A DNA stretch of 63,804 nucleotides, the filler included, from Trichomonas gallinae (taxonomy: Eukaryota): assembly GCA_008369845.1 (NCBI GenBank). It is 10 parts of 10 records of this genome, joined end to end, with 100 filler letters (N's around TTAATTAATTAA, not from the genome) between each part and the next. Parts side by side here need not be neighbours in the genome. Positions count along the whole stretch, not along the records: positions 8,422 to 27,034 come from MRSU01001454.1; positions 27,135 to 33,223 come from MRSU01001456.1; positions 33,324 to 35,550 come from MRSU01001457.1; 7 more parts are not named here. One strand, written 5' to 3'. How positions within the stretch are numbered: the first letter of the stretch is position 1; the number at the start of each line of letters is the position of its first letter. The notes beneath the pieces were generated by a model. That model did no database searches and was not told the DNA's origin. It was given only the letters and a program-made list of their open reading frames with translations. Both the position numbers and the translations under genes were made by a program. This document shows positions 23,329 to 34,653 of this stretch, in pieces.

Positions 23329-24261
23329 TTACTCCTCTTCTCCATTTGCGTCTGGTTGTACGAAGCCATGTTCTTCATCAGTTTCATACATGATATCGAG
23401 TATTCTTCGAACCATCTCATCATCTTCGTTAACCTGGCAAAACTCTTCGATTTTACGAAGCTTTCCGTAGTAGAAATCTCTTTCCTGGGTTAACTGATCA
23501 ATCTCTTCCTGCATTTCGCCAACTTGCTTCTTAATCTGTTTGAGCTCGGAATTTCCAGGAACTGAGACAGATTTAGTGACAGCAGCAGTAGACTTTGTTG
23601 TCTTGAGCGGTTTTGTATCCTGCTTTACTGTATTCTTCTTGACTGTTTTCTGATAAAGCTCTGAGTGAAGACTGGCTGAAGCAGCGTTAGGAATTGCACC
23701 AACTGGGAGCTTTCCACCATCGCCGTAGTTCTGTGGAACGTTAGCCTCGTTCAAAATGCATGTTGGAGCGACACCAGCGACAGGCCTTGTTCTCTTTGCC
23801 ATACCAGCTGGCTTAACAGCATTAGCCTGGCCTATCTTAACCTGTCCTGTTGGTTCCTTGCATTTAAAATGCTTCCTTCTTGCGACAGCATCATATTCTT
23901 CGTGTGGGCCTGTCTGAAGGTAATAACCATGGATCCACTGGAACATCTCGAGGGCAGCCATGTATTTTCCTTTGACCAATGTAACGACATCGATGTATTG
24001 TTGGATGTTATTTTTATGGAAAGCGTCTTGGAGCACTTTATAGTTAGCTGTCATTTCATCCGGGCTATAGGCGTCAAACTTAACGCGTCCTAAAGCTACT
24101 GTTCCCGGATGAATTGCGTCGATTACTTGACAAAAAGCTGCTCCGTTCGATGTGTCTTCGACTTTCGTGTAGTTGATCGCGAGTAAATCGTTGATCCAGT
24201 TGAGGAGTTCGCCTCTACCTACAAAGTAGGCACCACTCATCATTCCCAAGGGCTTAGACAT
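23329..24261 (-). CDS. EB1: EB1/MAPRE microtubule plus-end-binding protein
   Basis: CH domain (GRGELLNWIN..L...YTKVE...NGAAFCQ) and EBH motif ERDFYYGKLRKIE...ILDIMYET. Confidence 0.93.
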   Translation of the reverse strand: MSKPLGMMSGAYFVGRGELLNWINDLLAINYTKVEDTSNGAAFCQVIDAIHPGTVALGRVKFDAYSPDEMTANYKVLQDAFHKNNIQQYIDVVTLVKGKYMAALEMFQWIHGYYLQTGPHEEYDAVARRKHFKCKEPTGQVKIGQANAVKPAGMAKRTRPVAGVAPTCILNEANVPQNYGDGGKLPVGAIPNAASASLHSELYQKTVKKNTVKQDTKPLKTTKSTAAVTKSVSVPGNSELKQIKKQVGEMQEEIDQLTQERDFYYGKLRKIEEFCQVNEDDEMVRRILDIMYETDEEHGFVQPDANGEEE

Positions 24262-25113
24262 TGGAAAATAAATTATTATGTCACATTTACGTTTACAAAT
24301 TCATTTTGAGTCAACTCATAGAATTGGCCGTTTTATATAAAATTTGTCACGTTTTAACCAATGTCACGTTTTAGCGCATCAATTGTTTCAGCAATTTTAG
24401 CAAATCTGAGCAAAAATACCTGTGATTTCAGCAAATATTGTTAAATTAGCGAGAAAAAGCTTAAAAATTGTTTTAATTTTTTGAAATCTTAACGATAAGA
24501 CCTGTTCGTTAGAGCAAATAATGAGCTGAGCTGTTAAGCATTTAACGTTCAATAGTATTTTCTTAGACATATGTTAATTGTTTTGAGATTTTGAAATTCA
24601 CCTTATCAACCAATAACTTATTTATCATCACCAGACAAAAGCACAACTTAATGAAATCATGACATCAAAACATATCAAAACAAATTGTTGAATCTTGATT
24701 TAATTTTGATTTTTATTGTAGCAAAATATACACTAAACCATCACTTACTAATATAATTGAAACAATAAATTTTCATTATTATTCAACAACATCATATTTT
24801 TCATATATGGAAACTAAATTCAATTTTTTCTTGTGAAATTTTCAAGTCAGAAATAATAAAGACAACATTCTTTATTTCACTCGTTTGAAGCCAGTAATAT
24901 GATATAGCCGAAAACATTTATTGATGATTGAAATCTCTAAATTTTTTCAATTCTAACAAAAACTTTTTGCAGTTATATATATATACTACACAGGAATGAG
25001 CTAATCAAAAGAATGCTAAGCAATTGATGAAACAAATCTTTCTTCAAGAAAACCTTCTAAATCCTCAATTTTTACTTGCAACATCAAAATTTCGTCCATA
25101 GCAAAAAAGTTCG

Positions 25114-25603
25114 ATGATTCTTTGCGATTCCATACTTGTTCACACATCGAACACACTATGGTACAGGTACTTTCCAGAAGAACAGAGCTCTGTTACATTT
25201 GACACAGGTCAGCAACTTCAAAAAGAGTTAGGAAATTATTACATAAGGTACTTGTGGACTGTTTGGAACCATGTTTAGCGCTGAAAATATTACCGCTAGA
25301 AAAATCATAATCAATAGTTGTACTTACCCAACACTTGCATATATGAGATATGGAACTATTTATTTGACAAATTGTTTGTTGATTGAAAGTTCAGATATAT
25401 CATTGTCCGGGTCTTATGAGTTATCAACAACAAATCAATTGACATTTGGAATTGGATTTTTAACATCCTATAAATGTTTGGGGAAATATATTATCGAAAC
25501 AGAACAAATAGAATATTATCATAGCTTTCTCACATTTGCTATTTTTATATCTGTTTATCCAGTTTTGATTTTTATTATTATTTCATTATTCGAAGGTTCA
25601 TAA
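25114..25603 (+). pseudogene. Internally deleted, frameshifted paralog of the 25821 gene
   Basis: From ATG 25114 it reads ...LWYRYFPEEQSSVTFDTGQQLQKELGNYYIRY, then switches frame near 25252 to CGLFGTMFSAENITARKIIINSCTYP. These match residues ~3-33 and ~211 onward of 25821. Confidence 0.75.
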
Positions 25604-25739
25604 TATAATAGAATGTCTAACACATTTATTTATTACACATTCATAAAAAAAAATCAAAATAAAAAAGTTTGTCACTTTTACTTATGGGTACGGTTATATT
25701 ATATAAAACTAACCTTATTGAAAGTGACAATTCTACAGA

Positions 25740-25783
25740 TTTATTACGTCCTGTGTCAATATTATGATACAGGACGTAATAAA
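25740..25783. repeat. 19-bp inverted repeat (hairpin) upstream of the 25821 gene
   Basis: TTTATTACGTCCTGTGTCA-atatta-TGATACAGGACGTAATAAA, with 18/19 Watson-Crick pairs plus one G-T. Confidence 0.9.
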
Positions 25784-25820
25784 ACATAAAAATGGATGAC
25801 GAAAGCGACTTGTCTATGAA

Positions 25821-26774
25821 ATGGGAATTTGGAATCGATATTATCCTGAATTTTCAAATTATCAAATCTGCGATGATGGAAAACCTGTTGAAAAAAATGC
25901 TGGAAACTATTTTATACGTTATAGTACATTCGCTAACTTACAAAAAACTACTATATTATTAGACAAAAATGACGATCCAGCATTTTATTCTTACACAACA
26001 TTAGTATACGAATGCCAATTCCGTAATTTGACCCATGGCACAAGTCCAATGGTCATTATCCAATATGGAGGAGCGTGTGTTCTTTATCATATTTGTAGTT
26101 ATGACATTCAAGTCGATACGACTACAATTTCCCATATAAGAACTATACTGAAATCTAATGCAAACAAGAAGAGTTATTATTTAGAATCATCCGCATCGCA
26201 AATGTTTGGCTTTTGGGAACACCAAAGATTTGATGGTGGTGATCTAAAAATGAAAAGTGTCAATATTACAGACAGTTATACAAAGCAAGATAATGCTATG
26301 TATATCATGAATGCAACATCTCCATATCCAGCAGAAACCTCTTATTGCAGCTTTCATAATTGCAGTACAAATGGATATGATGGCTTCAAGGTGTATGAAT
26401 ATGAGCTTTATATTAAATATTGTTCTGTCACAGCTTGCACAGTGAAAATGCTGGGATTATTTGGAGTTGAATATAAAGGCACAAAGATTGATGTGAATAA
26501 TGTGTATATTGCTAGATGCACATATCCATATCTTGTTTATATGAGAACCGGAACATTTACGATGAGAAACAGTCAGATCATTGACAGCAGTAATGCAACT
26601 TTCTCCGGTTCTTGTGATTTTCAAACTTTTAATAAAGTAGATTTGACAGGAGATTTTTTGACAACGCATAAATGCTTAGGCAAATATAAAGATGAAACAA
26701 ATCCAATATTTTATGAACATATAGATCCAAACTGTTTAGTATTTATTCCTTATATATCTTTAGATTTGTCATAA
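25821..26774 (+). CDS. Hypothetical family protein (beta-rich, Cys/Asn repeats, possibly beta-helix)
   Basis: 317-aa ORF with paralogs on both sides. Motifs such as YCSFHNCS and CQFRNL suggest a beta-solenoid. Confidence 0.75.
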   Translation: MGIWNRYYPEFSNYQICDDGKPVEKNAGNYFIRYSTFANLQKTTILLDKNDDPAFYSYTTLVYECQFRNLTHGTSPMVIIQYGGACVLYHICSYDIQVDTTTISHIRTILKSNANKKSYYLESSASQMFGFWEHQRFDGGDLKMKSVNITDSYTKQDNAMYIMNATSPYPAETSYCSFHNCSTNGYDGFKVYEYELYIKYCSVTACTVKMLGLFGVEYKGTKIDVNNVYIARCTYPYLVYMRTGTFTMRNSQIIDSSNATFSGSCDFQTFNKVDLTGDFLTTHKCLGKYKDETNPIFYEHIDPNCLVFIPYISLDLS

Positions 26775-26894
26775 TTAACCTTAATATTAACCTTAGCGTA
26801 AAGTTTACATTTTATTTATTTGCAAAAAAAAAATTCTTTTACATATGAAGATGAATGAATATTGAGAAATCCACAGCGCGTTTGATGAGCATAT

Positions 26895-27034
26895 ATGGGA
26901 ATTTGGTCTAGATTTTACGAAGATGAAGGAAGCTACGAAATTTATACTAAAGGCAAACCTATCAAAATTTCGACAGGAAACTACTATATTCGCCATTGCA
27001 GTTTTTGTCGATCATCTAATCGCTCGATTTCATT
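26895..27034 (+). CDS. Third tandem paralog of 25821, truncated by gap
   Basis: MGIWSRFYEDEGSYEIYTKGKPIKISTGNYYIRHCSF aligns with MGIWNRYYPEFSNYQICDDGKPVEKNAGNYFIRYSTF. Confidence 0.8.
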
Positions 27035-28351
27035 NNNNNNNNNNNNNNNNNNNNNNNNNNNNNNNNNNNNNNNNNNNNTTAATTAATTAANNNNNNNNNN
27101 NNNNNNNNNNNNNNNNNNNNNNNNNNNNNNNNNNTTGTCAAAAAATCAACTAAGTGCTATTGTTAGAAATTATTATTTAATATTAAATTTAAAGCACTAT
27201 GATTTGTAAATATAAATTGAACTAGCTTTGGCAATGGGGTGACTACAGATAGGAAATTATGCTATTGGACCGCAAAATATGGCATATTGGCTTCATAACA
27301 TGGCTTGTTTTCGAATATTTCCAAATTCCAAATTTCGAATTGTTAAAAAATAACTTGATTTTCTGAGTACCCTACTAACTAGCTAAACACTGCTTAATGC
27401 GTTTGTCCTAAAAAAAAAATCTTACATTGAATGGCAAAATCACTATATTTGCTTAAATCATAGTTTGCGTATTAAAACTATAATCTAGTCCATATGGTCT
27501 ATATAAAAAACGATCTAAAAATAAAAAATATGGATAAAAAAGAAAAAATATTTTTCTCCGTCGAAAAAAGAGTTAAATTTAGATTGAATTAGACTTGAAA
27601 TCATCAATTTGTGCCTATAAGATCCTTCATAAAACTGTAAAAACATTTTTTATAAAGATTCTAAATTAATTTCAAATACTTAGGTAGTTCGAAGAAATTT
27701 CATGAAGCAAGAGTGTATTTATATAGTAGTACGACACAACTTTCAAGCTGCAGCATTTGAAATGCAAGTTCTGCATAATTCGATTCCTTTTCATCTTTAT
27801 CTATCATATACAAAATAAGTATTGGAATGTTTCGATTCGGGGTACCATTTCTCAAATAAATCAACAAACAAATTCTTATGATAAATGTTCTTAAGAAAAT
27901 AATCATAGATGATGAACTTTTCTTTCAAATATATGATTTAATAATCATGCATATCCAATTGATGAATACTTATGTCTATGAAAGTCCTAATGAAATTTAT
28001 TTAAAATCTCAATTGTCATCAAATCCCAATGATAAGTTGCAAAAGAAAATTCCAACCCGAGTTAATTAAAACAGAATCAACTCATGCGATCATATATTAG
28101 ATTTGTTTTTCATGAGTATTTGAGCGTGTAAGTTTCATTTTAAGTCGAGATATTTTGTGTTTTATATGGTAGTTTATCATAATTTTCACACCACATCAAT
28201 TTAATTTCAAGTTCAGATAATTTCGAAGATTTTCATTTAAATATCTATGACATACACAGTAGGTATAGGAATACTTCATTTCAGTACTCCATGTCTCAGA
28301 TAAAACACCAAATAAATAGACAAATCTAGTTATAAAAGAAGATTTAGATTT

Positions 28352-30271
28352 TCATGGCTCAGCTGTTTCATCTTCTGGAGCAGCTTTAAAGAATTTGATA
28401 TAAATGATAACACCTCCAATAACGAGAGCTACAACGATTACAATTCCCAGTATTACCAATCCAATGATCAAACCAGATTTAGTTGATTTACCAATACCTT
28501 TTTTACCTGTTGATTCAGAAGAGCCGTTATCAGTTGATCCAGAAGAGCCATTATCAGTTGATCCAGAAGAGCCATTATCAGTTGATCCAGAAGAGCCGTT
28601 ATCAGTTGATCCAGAAGAACCATCCTGATTTATTCCAGAACTTCCAAGCTGTTTTGAATTCGGATCAAATGGATCAGCAACAAAATTCATTTCGTGGAGC
28701 CTCATTGTCCGACAGAATCTCTCAGGATCTGGACACCAAGAAACTTGATATTCAACAGAATAGTATTTGCCTTCGTTAAATTTAAACTTCTTTCCGACAT
28801 TAGATTTGTTGCATTCTATAGTTCTGCTCCTTCCATTATCATCAATTTCTATGGTGAATGATTCAAAGCCATTGCATTTATATGCGCCGCATTCATTCAG
28901 TTCATTTACGTAAATTGATGAACCTGGGAGAAGCGCTTTACCTTTCGGACACACTTTAATTGGGACTTTATAATTCATGTAATCGAAAACTGATGGATCC
29001 TTTGGGATTGCATAATCATTTGGATTAAAGAATTCCTTGCTCTTACAATATTCGTAATTAAAATTAATTCTGCAATTAACATTATATGGAAAAGCTTCTC
29101 GACCTCCAGCATATTTGAAGTCGAATCCAGTATAGTCATCACCAATACCTGACTTTGACTTCACGATGTAACCATCTGGGAAGGCAACTGTTGGTGGGCC
29201 AAGTGCAAAGTTTTTAATAGGGTTTCCATCTATTGACTCTGGATTTCCCCAGACGAGTGGCTGACCCATTCTCCAGTTAACCTTATAAAAACCTGTGTCC
29301 ATCATTACAGCGAGAAGAGCATCTGTCATGCGGCTGTATGGGCCTTGACGCTGAATTGTTATACCAACCATAAGCTCTGTCATGTAAGTTCTTGTTTCAA
29401 GATGAGAACCAACCGTTCCACTACCACCACCATCTTCAAGTTCAATGCCAGCCGGGCAGCTCTGTCCACCATCACCAATGAATTTATCTATACCAAAACG
29501 CTTTTTGGCATAGAGCTGACAGTAGGGACCGACTAAGAATCTGAATTCCTTTCGATATTTTTGCATTTGGCAGACCATTTGTTTATGAGGCCTATTTGTT
29601 GTCAATGGATGGAATCTATCATAAAGATTTGATGAAAAACCTAATGCATGGAAAATTTCGTGAACACATGTATAGAAAAATTCATTATCCCATGAATTTT
29701 CATCCTGAGGCTTAAGAGGAATAGCTCTCGGATTTAAGAAAACAACACCTGATATAGGCCTGGAAGTATCAGGATTAATGTCAGTGAATCCAGCAGAAGC
29801 AAGTGTATTGCTATCACCACCATATGGGCGCGCAAGAATTGCCATGCACATGTCAGTATCGTAGCATAATACATTTCTTGGGGTGAAGTCATTATTAAAT
29901 TTGGCCATTGTAATCGGTTCTGTTTCCGGAATGACTTTAAGCAATCTTTGTAGGAAATTCTGTACATTCTTCATTGTTTGAATAGCACTGTTAAGTTTTT
30001 CTGCATTCAAAATATCTTCTCTGCCGCATTCCATGATATAGTTTTTAAAATGAACTTTTTGACCTGCGTATTTACACATGTTTGGATCATTTTCGACGCC
30101 CATGATCCATCGATATTCAAAAGACAATCGAATTTGTTCCCAAGTTTCTCCTTTCAATGAACGGTATGATCTTTTAGTATTATTATATTTGGTCCAGTTA
30201 ATTCCAGGGTCTAGCTCATTATGGATACATACGTGGCTCGTGACCAGCCGAGAGAGCAAGAAAACATTCAT
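28352..30271 (-). CDS. GP63-like (leishmanolysin, peptidase M8) membrane metalloprotease
   Basis: HEIFHALGFS zinc motif, ELEDGGGSGTVGSHLE..., ELM, DTGFY, C-terminal TM helix. ATG 30271 precedes the signal-like MNVFLLSRLVTSHVCIH. Confidence 0.93.
   Translation of the reverse strand: MNVFLLSRLVTSHVCIHNELDPGINWTKYNNTKRSYRSLKGETWEQIRLSFEYRWIMGVENDPNMCKYAGQKVHFKNYIMECGREDILNAEKLNSAIQTMKNVQNFLQRLLKVIPETEPITMAKFNNDFTPRNVLCYDTDMCMAILARPYGGDSNTLASAGFTDINPDTSRPISGVVFLNPRAIPLKPQDENSWDNEFFYTCVHEIFHALGFSSNLYDRFHPLTTNRPHKQMVCQMQKYRKEFRFLVGPYCQLYAKKRFGIDKFIGDGGQSCPAGIELEDGGGSGTVGSHLETRTYMTELMVGITIQRQGPYSRMTDALLAVMMDTGFYKVNWRMGQPLVWGNPESIDGNPIKNFALGPPTVAFPDGYIVKSKSGIGDDYTGFDFKYAGGREAFPYNVNCRINFNYEYCKSKEFFNPNDYAIPKDPSVFDYMNYKVPIKVCPKGKALLPGSSIYVNELNECGAYKCNGFESFTIEIDDNGRSRTIECNKSNVGKKFKFNEGKYYSVEYQVSWCPDPERFCRTMRLHEMNFVADPFDPNSKQLGSSGINQDGSSGSTDNGSSGSTDNGSSGSTDNGSSGSTDNGSSESTGKKGIGKSTKSGLIIGLVILGIVIVVALVIGGVIIYIKFFKAAPEDETAEP
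28509..28624. repeat. 24-bp coding tandem repeat (about 4.8 copies) encoding a (DNGSSGST)n stalk
   Basis: gttgatccagaagagccrttatca repeated. Confidence 0.95.
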
Positions 30272-32567
30272 TATTTGATCTAAAATTGAAAAAAATTGAT
30301 TGAAATTAAATTTGGTCATTATCATCAAATAAATCAATGATTGACGAGCTTTTGGTTTGGGAGAGACATTTGAAAAAAAAAAAAATTTTATTCTTTCAAT
30401 ATTTAAAAGGAGATTGAATTTGATAGTATCAGTTCAGTATAATTTTCTGAAAGTTCTCAGATCAATTTCTTATCTATTGGATTTGTTATGATTTATTGCA
30501 AATTAAAAGGAAGTCGAATATATTGAATTTTGTTAGAATTTCACACAAATAATAAAAAACTCCTGTTTATTTTCTTATATATAATAAAAAATTACAGTTG
30601 TTGATGGAAAAGTGAAAATTCAATGAATTGTTTTTATCAAATTTATTTAATTTTAATCAAACCTAGTATCATACGTGTGCATTGGCGTACGTATCAATTA
30701 TCACCAAAAATTATGTTTATTTCATGCTTTATTTAGCAAATTAATTGTAACTGAGCTTTTGTATATTCGTTCTCAATCTGTTCGTTGCCTATGTGTCATA
30801 GGAATAAGGTTGCGAACGCGTTTATCCTATTTCATCACTTGCAAAGAAAAAATGTTATCTTTTCAAACATAATATAAAGTATGGATTATATAAGTTATAT
30901 ATATATATTACACATGATCATATCAAATGTTTTCCACGATTAAATGGCCATTAAAATCATATCTTTGATACAATATCAAAATATCATCATGTAAAATTGC
31001 TGTTTTGACCAATAATTTTACACATGTTCAAATCTATGCAAAAATATAAATAAAACTATACATTGAAATGTACTAATTATCAAAAATAAAATTATTCCAA
31101 AAAGATGCATAACACCTATAAAACATGTGCAAATTATTAATAAATCGATTAGCATATTGGCTTCAAGGTGAACTTTACCAATCGAGCCACTTGTAACAGA
31201 TATATCTGATAAATAATGTTTAATTTTTTTCGGTTTAATTCTCCCAGTTAGTTACATATTTATTATTCGCTGTAGCAAAATTATTACTTGTTTGAAATAA
31301 AGGTTCTTCGACATCGATCGAAGATTTACATCACAGCAGCATTGCTAAATGATATCATGTAAGTGTTCCATGAGTTGATCATAAAGGTATTGATGATCAA
31401 CTTTGTGTGTGATTTAGTCCATGCAAACTCAAGAATTTTTGATGGTTAGATCGTGAAGATCATATTTATATATTTTGAAATTTTTTTTCCCGAGTGCAAA
31501 AATGTTCATAAAAACCATAGATTAGTAATAAGCATCCATAATCGTCTACCAAATTTATCAAAATAATAATGATAATAATTCATTTTTCGAGAATATCTTC
31601 GCAAAAAATAGTAAGAGATTTCGATTTTTTTTATTATCATTTTCAGAGCTTACTATGTACTATAATGATATTTTTGAACTTAACAAAGTAAAATAACGAC
31701 CCACATATTTTGAACTGTTTCAAGAATTTTCGATTTTCGGATGACCTCTCTTAAAGTAAGTATTAGAGCAGATAAATTATAAAAATTAAGCGAGAAAATT
31801 ATTTTTTAGATGATACTAGAACCACCTAAAAAGAAGTGCATATTGTTATCGAATTAGATCTCTTCAAAAAGTGAGCTTAAGTTTCTGGGCAAAACGATAA
31901 TTTTCAATACAGCATTGTAAAATTGAGACCTCTATTTGGTCGTGAAGCGGACCCTTAATTTTTGGACTCCGATGAATACGACAGAAATTTTCGTCGGTTT
32001 CCTTCTATGACATATCAACGTTACAGATTGACCTTCATAATTCTCCAACGACCAAAATTTTTGCAAAACTATAAAATAAAATTTGTCACTTTCCGGGAAG
32101 TGACAAAACATAATATACGATATATTATATATCTGTCAAGCAACACTACTAAGTTTGACGTCAAAACGCATTGTCAATTTTCCCCATTAAAGCATTCAAT
32201 TTAGACTCTTATTCCAATTTTTTGATAGGTATTTATTTGATCTTAACCCACAAAGTTATTTTTTAAGCTACACATACTTTGCGTAATAATGGTTAATACA
32301 ATGATATACGTATATTCTTATCTTTATTTTTTTCAAAGAATTAGCCTCAATTTAAAAATATTTTTTCAAATAACCATAAAAACAATACACACATTATTTC
32401 CTTTCGATTATTATCCATTGCAATTCAATGGTTGCCTATTTTCTATGGCAGTAACTCAATTAATAGAAAAGTGCATTAAAATTCATTGACCTCTCTTAAA
32501 AAATTCTAGGGCTTTAAAATTGGGTTTCTTGATAGGCTTTAAAATTTCATCATTTTTAAGTTGTACA

Positions 32568-33041
32568 ATGTCTCCAATAGGCAAGCCACATCCAAAGGAC
32601 AAGTTCACTCCGTCAGAGGATGAGAAACTTCGATTGCTAGTACAAGTTTTGGGTACTTCTAATTGGAAGAAAGTTTCTGAGTACATGGTAACAAGGAATC
32701 CAAGACAGTGCAGAGATCGTTATAAGAACTACCTTGCTCCTTATCTTAATAGCAGTCCCTGGTGCAAAGATGATGATCAGAAGTTAATTTCCTTGGTTCA
32801 AAACTACGGTAGAAAATGGTCATTGATTGCAAAGGAGTTCCCAGGAAGAACGGATATTAACATTAAGAGTCGGTATGCACTGCTCGTTCGCCAGGAAGAG
32901 AGAGATAAAGTCAAGAGAGTTTCTCAGAATGATTCAGATTTTCTTGAATTGATCATGCATGAAACTCCAACATCATCACCAGATTTTGAAGAGAATTTTG
33001 ACATGTTTGAGTTTGGTGATATGCCAGAATTCGAATTCTAA
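32568..33041 (+). CDS. R2R3 Myb-like DNA-binding protein
   Basis: KFTPSEDEKL..LV...G..NWKKV......RNPRQCRDRY..YL.P...W...DD..L...V..YG.KW..I...FPGRTDINIKSRY. First ATG is at 32568, after TCATCATTTT. Confidence 0.93.
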   Translation: MSPIGKPHPKDKFTPSEDEKLRLLVQVLGTSNWKKVSEYMVTRNPRQCRDRYKNYLAPYLNSSPWCKDDDQKLISLVQNYGRKWSLIAKEFPGRTDINIKSRYALLVRQEERDKVKRVSQNDSDFLELIMHETPTSSPDFEENFDMFEFGDMPEFEF

Positions 33042-33323
33042 TTCCAATTTATTATATGTTTATTTATATATATTTTTAAAAAATTGAGTAAATAATAGTT
33101 GTTTCAAATGACCTATTTATTGATATCCAATATAATGCTTAACAAAGAGGTGTAGAAACCAGGTTTTTTTGGTATTTTTGCTCCAAACTTTGTCTATATA
33201 CTATATGTACATACACCATATTANNNNNNNNNNNNNNNNNNNNNNNNNNNNNNNNNNNNNNNNNNNNTTAATTAATTAANNNNNNNNNNNNNNNNNNNNN
33301 NNNNNNNNNNNNNNNNNNNNNNN

Positions 33324-33490
33324 ATAAATTATATTTTTATTTTCTATTCATATTCAAAATATTTCTTTACCACTCAAATCTTGACTTTTGATATGCCCAT
33401 TCAATTTCTTTGAATCCACTCACAAATTATTGAAAGACCTTTCAATCAATTGAGAACTTTGAGAGCCGGGCGTGTTTGACACCCACAACA
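33324..33490 (-). repeat. Dispersed repeat downstream of the recombinase relic (second copy at 51717-51839)
   Basis: Reverse complement TGTTGTGGGTGTCAAACACGCCC...GAATAGAAAATAAAAATAT matches 51717-51839 apart from two short deletions. Confidence 0.9.
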
Positions 33491-33605
33491 CTGCTTTACA
33501 TTTTGGGTATTTGCAGTAATGGTAAATGATGGTTTGTTGAAATGATTTATGAGCATCTCTTGCATAATTGCATTTTCCGCGGAGGCCACACAGTATCGTA
33601 GATAC

Positions 33606-34060
33606 TCAAGTCATTCGAGTGGATTCTGAGTCGGGAATATAAACTACTTCATCTTTGGCGAAGTGATTCGTCTATGGTTTTGTTAAGCACAATTTAATTC
33701 TATTGTTCTCATCTCTTGAAATATCTTTAAACGATAAAATTAAAAGATCCGAAATCCGCAAAACTCCATAAAACATCAAAGAGGCCACAGCCATAAATTC
33801 GATATCTTTTAGAGTATCTTTTATATTTTGGCTATCGTTTTCATTATTTCGGATGTTTTCGGCTTTTTACTGTTATCGATTTTATAAGTCGATAACTCTT
33901 GACGTAATCCATTGTAAAATTCATTTAATGAGTTAGATTGTGTAAAATTATATAAATTAAATTTGTCTAAAAAGTAAGAAACTTCTTGAAGAGCGTTAGC
34001 TTTTACAAGATAGTCTTGATACATTTGAATAAAACGGTTTTGATTATATTCAATTTATTG
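33606..34060 (-). mobile_element. Decayed tyrosine-recombinase gene (DIRS/Ngaro/Crypton-like relic)
   Basis: Minus strand reads ...VSYFLDKFNLYNFTQ...FYNGLRQEL...KKPKTSEIMKTI, then after a frameshift near 33821 KDIEFMAVASLMFYGVLRISDLLILSFKDISRDENNRIKLCLTKP*TNHFAKDEVVYIP. This matches YR box I (G.LRISE) and a KSKTD-like motif. Confidence 0.8.
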
Positions 34061-34653
34061 AATTATTGTAAATAGCAAACAATTTAATGACCCATTCTCA
34101 CTTGCCAATCATCATCAAAAGATGGGAGAGCATCAGATTGTTTCAGGCGCCATCTAAGACGTCGGCACAATCTTCTACTTTTTTTTCAATCTCTTTATCT
34201 CTAAAATTCAGAATTTAATTTCATAATACGGGATGAAAATTATATACAAAAGTGACGGATATGGATGCACCCCTGTCTAAACCGTCACTTTTGGATTCTT
34301 TACACGTCAAATCCGACGTGTAAATCAGTCACTTTTCTTGACGAATTTGGATTCAAAATCTAAAGATATATTTAATCATTGTAGAAAATTATAAACATAT
34401 AAAAAAGGGCGAGCCCTACCGCAGCCTTCGGTAGCTCCCGTTCTTGACCACCCAAATTAATTTTTTGTGATTAATGAGATGGGTCGAGCCTGGCGCCTCT
34501 TCGAGGCTGGGCTCTTAGACTACTTTAACATTTTAGTATGTGAGCAACATTTGTTTCACTATTTTTTCAAAACTTTTTAATGTCTTTTAGTGTTTTAAAA
34601 TAAAATATGATTCGTGTTTCAGGTGTTATGGAGCCTCCGGCCCAGGAAAGGAC

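Noticed and set aside
27690..28070. Short overlapping ORFs
   Set aside because: No motifs, and the composition is like intergenic DNA or an unidentifiable relic.
28404..28779. Repetitive plus-strand ORFs (DPEEPLSV and YQLIQKSH repeats), superficially CRISPR-like
   Set aside because: Antisense reading of the 24-bp GP63 stalk repeat. There are no spacers, so it is not a CRISPR array.
31150..31460. Slightly GC-richer coding-like patch
   Set aside because: No open frame or recognisable family.
34455..34470. AATTTTTTG resembling an Sm site, suggesting an snRNA
   Set aside because: No U1, U2, U4 or U5 signature nearby, and the word is common in AT-rich DNA. Kept only as part of the hairpin cluster.
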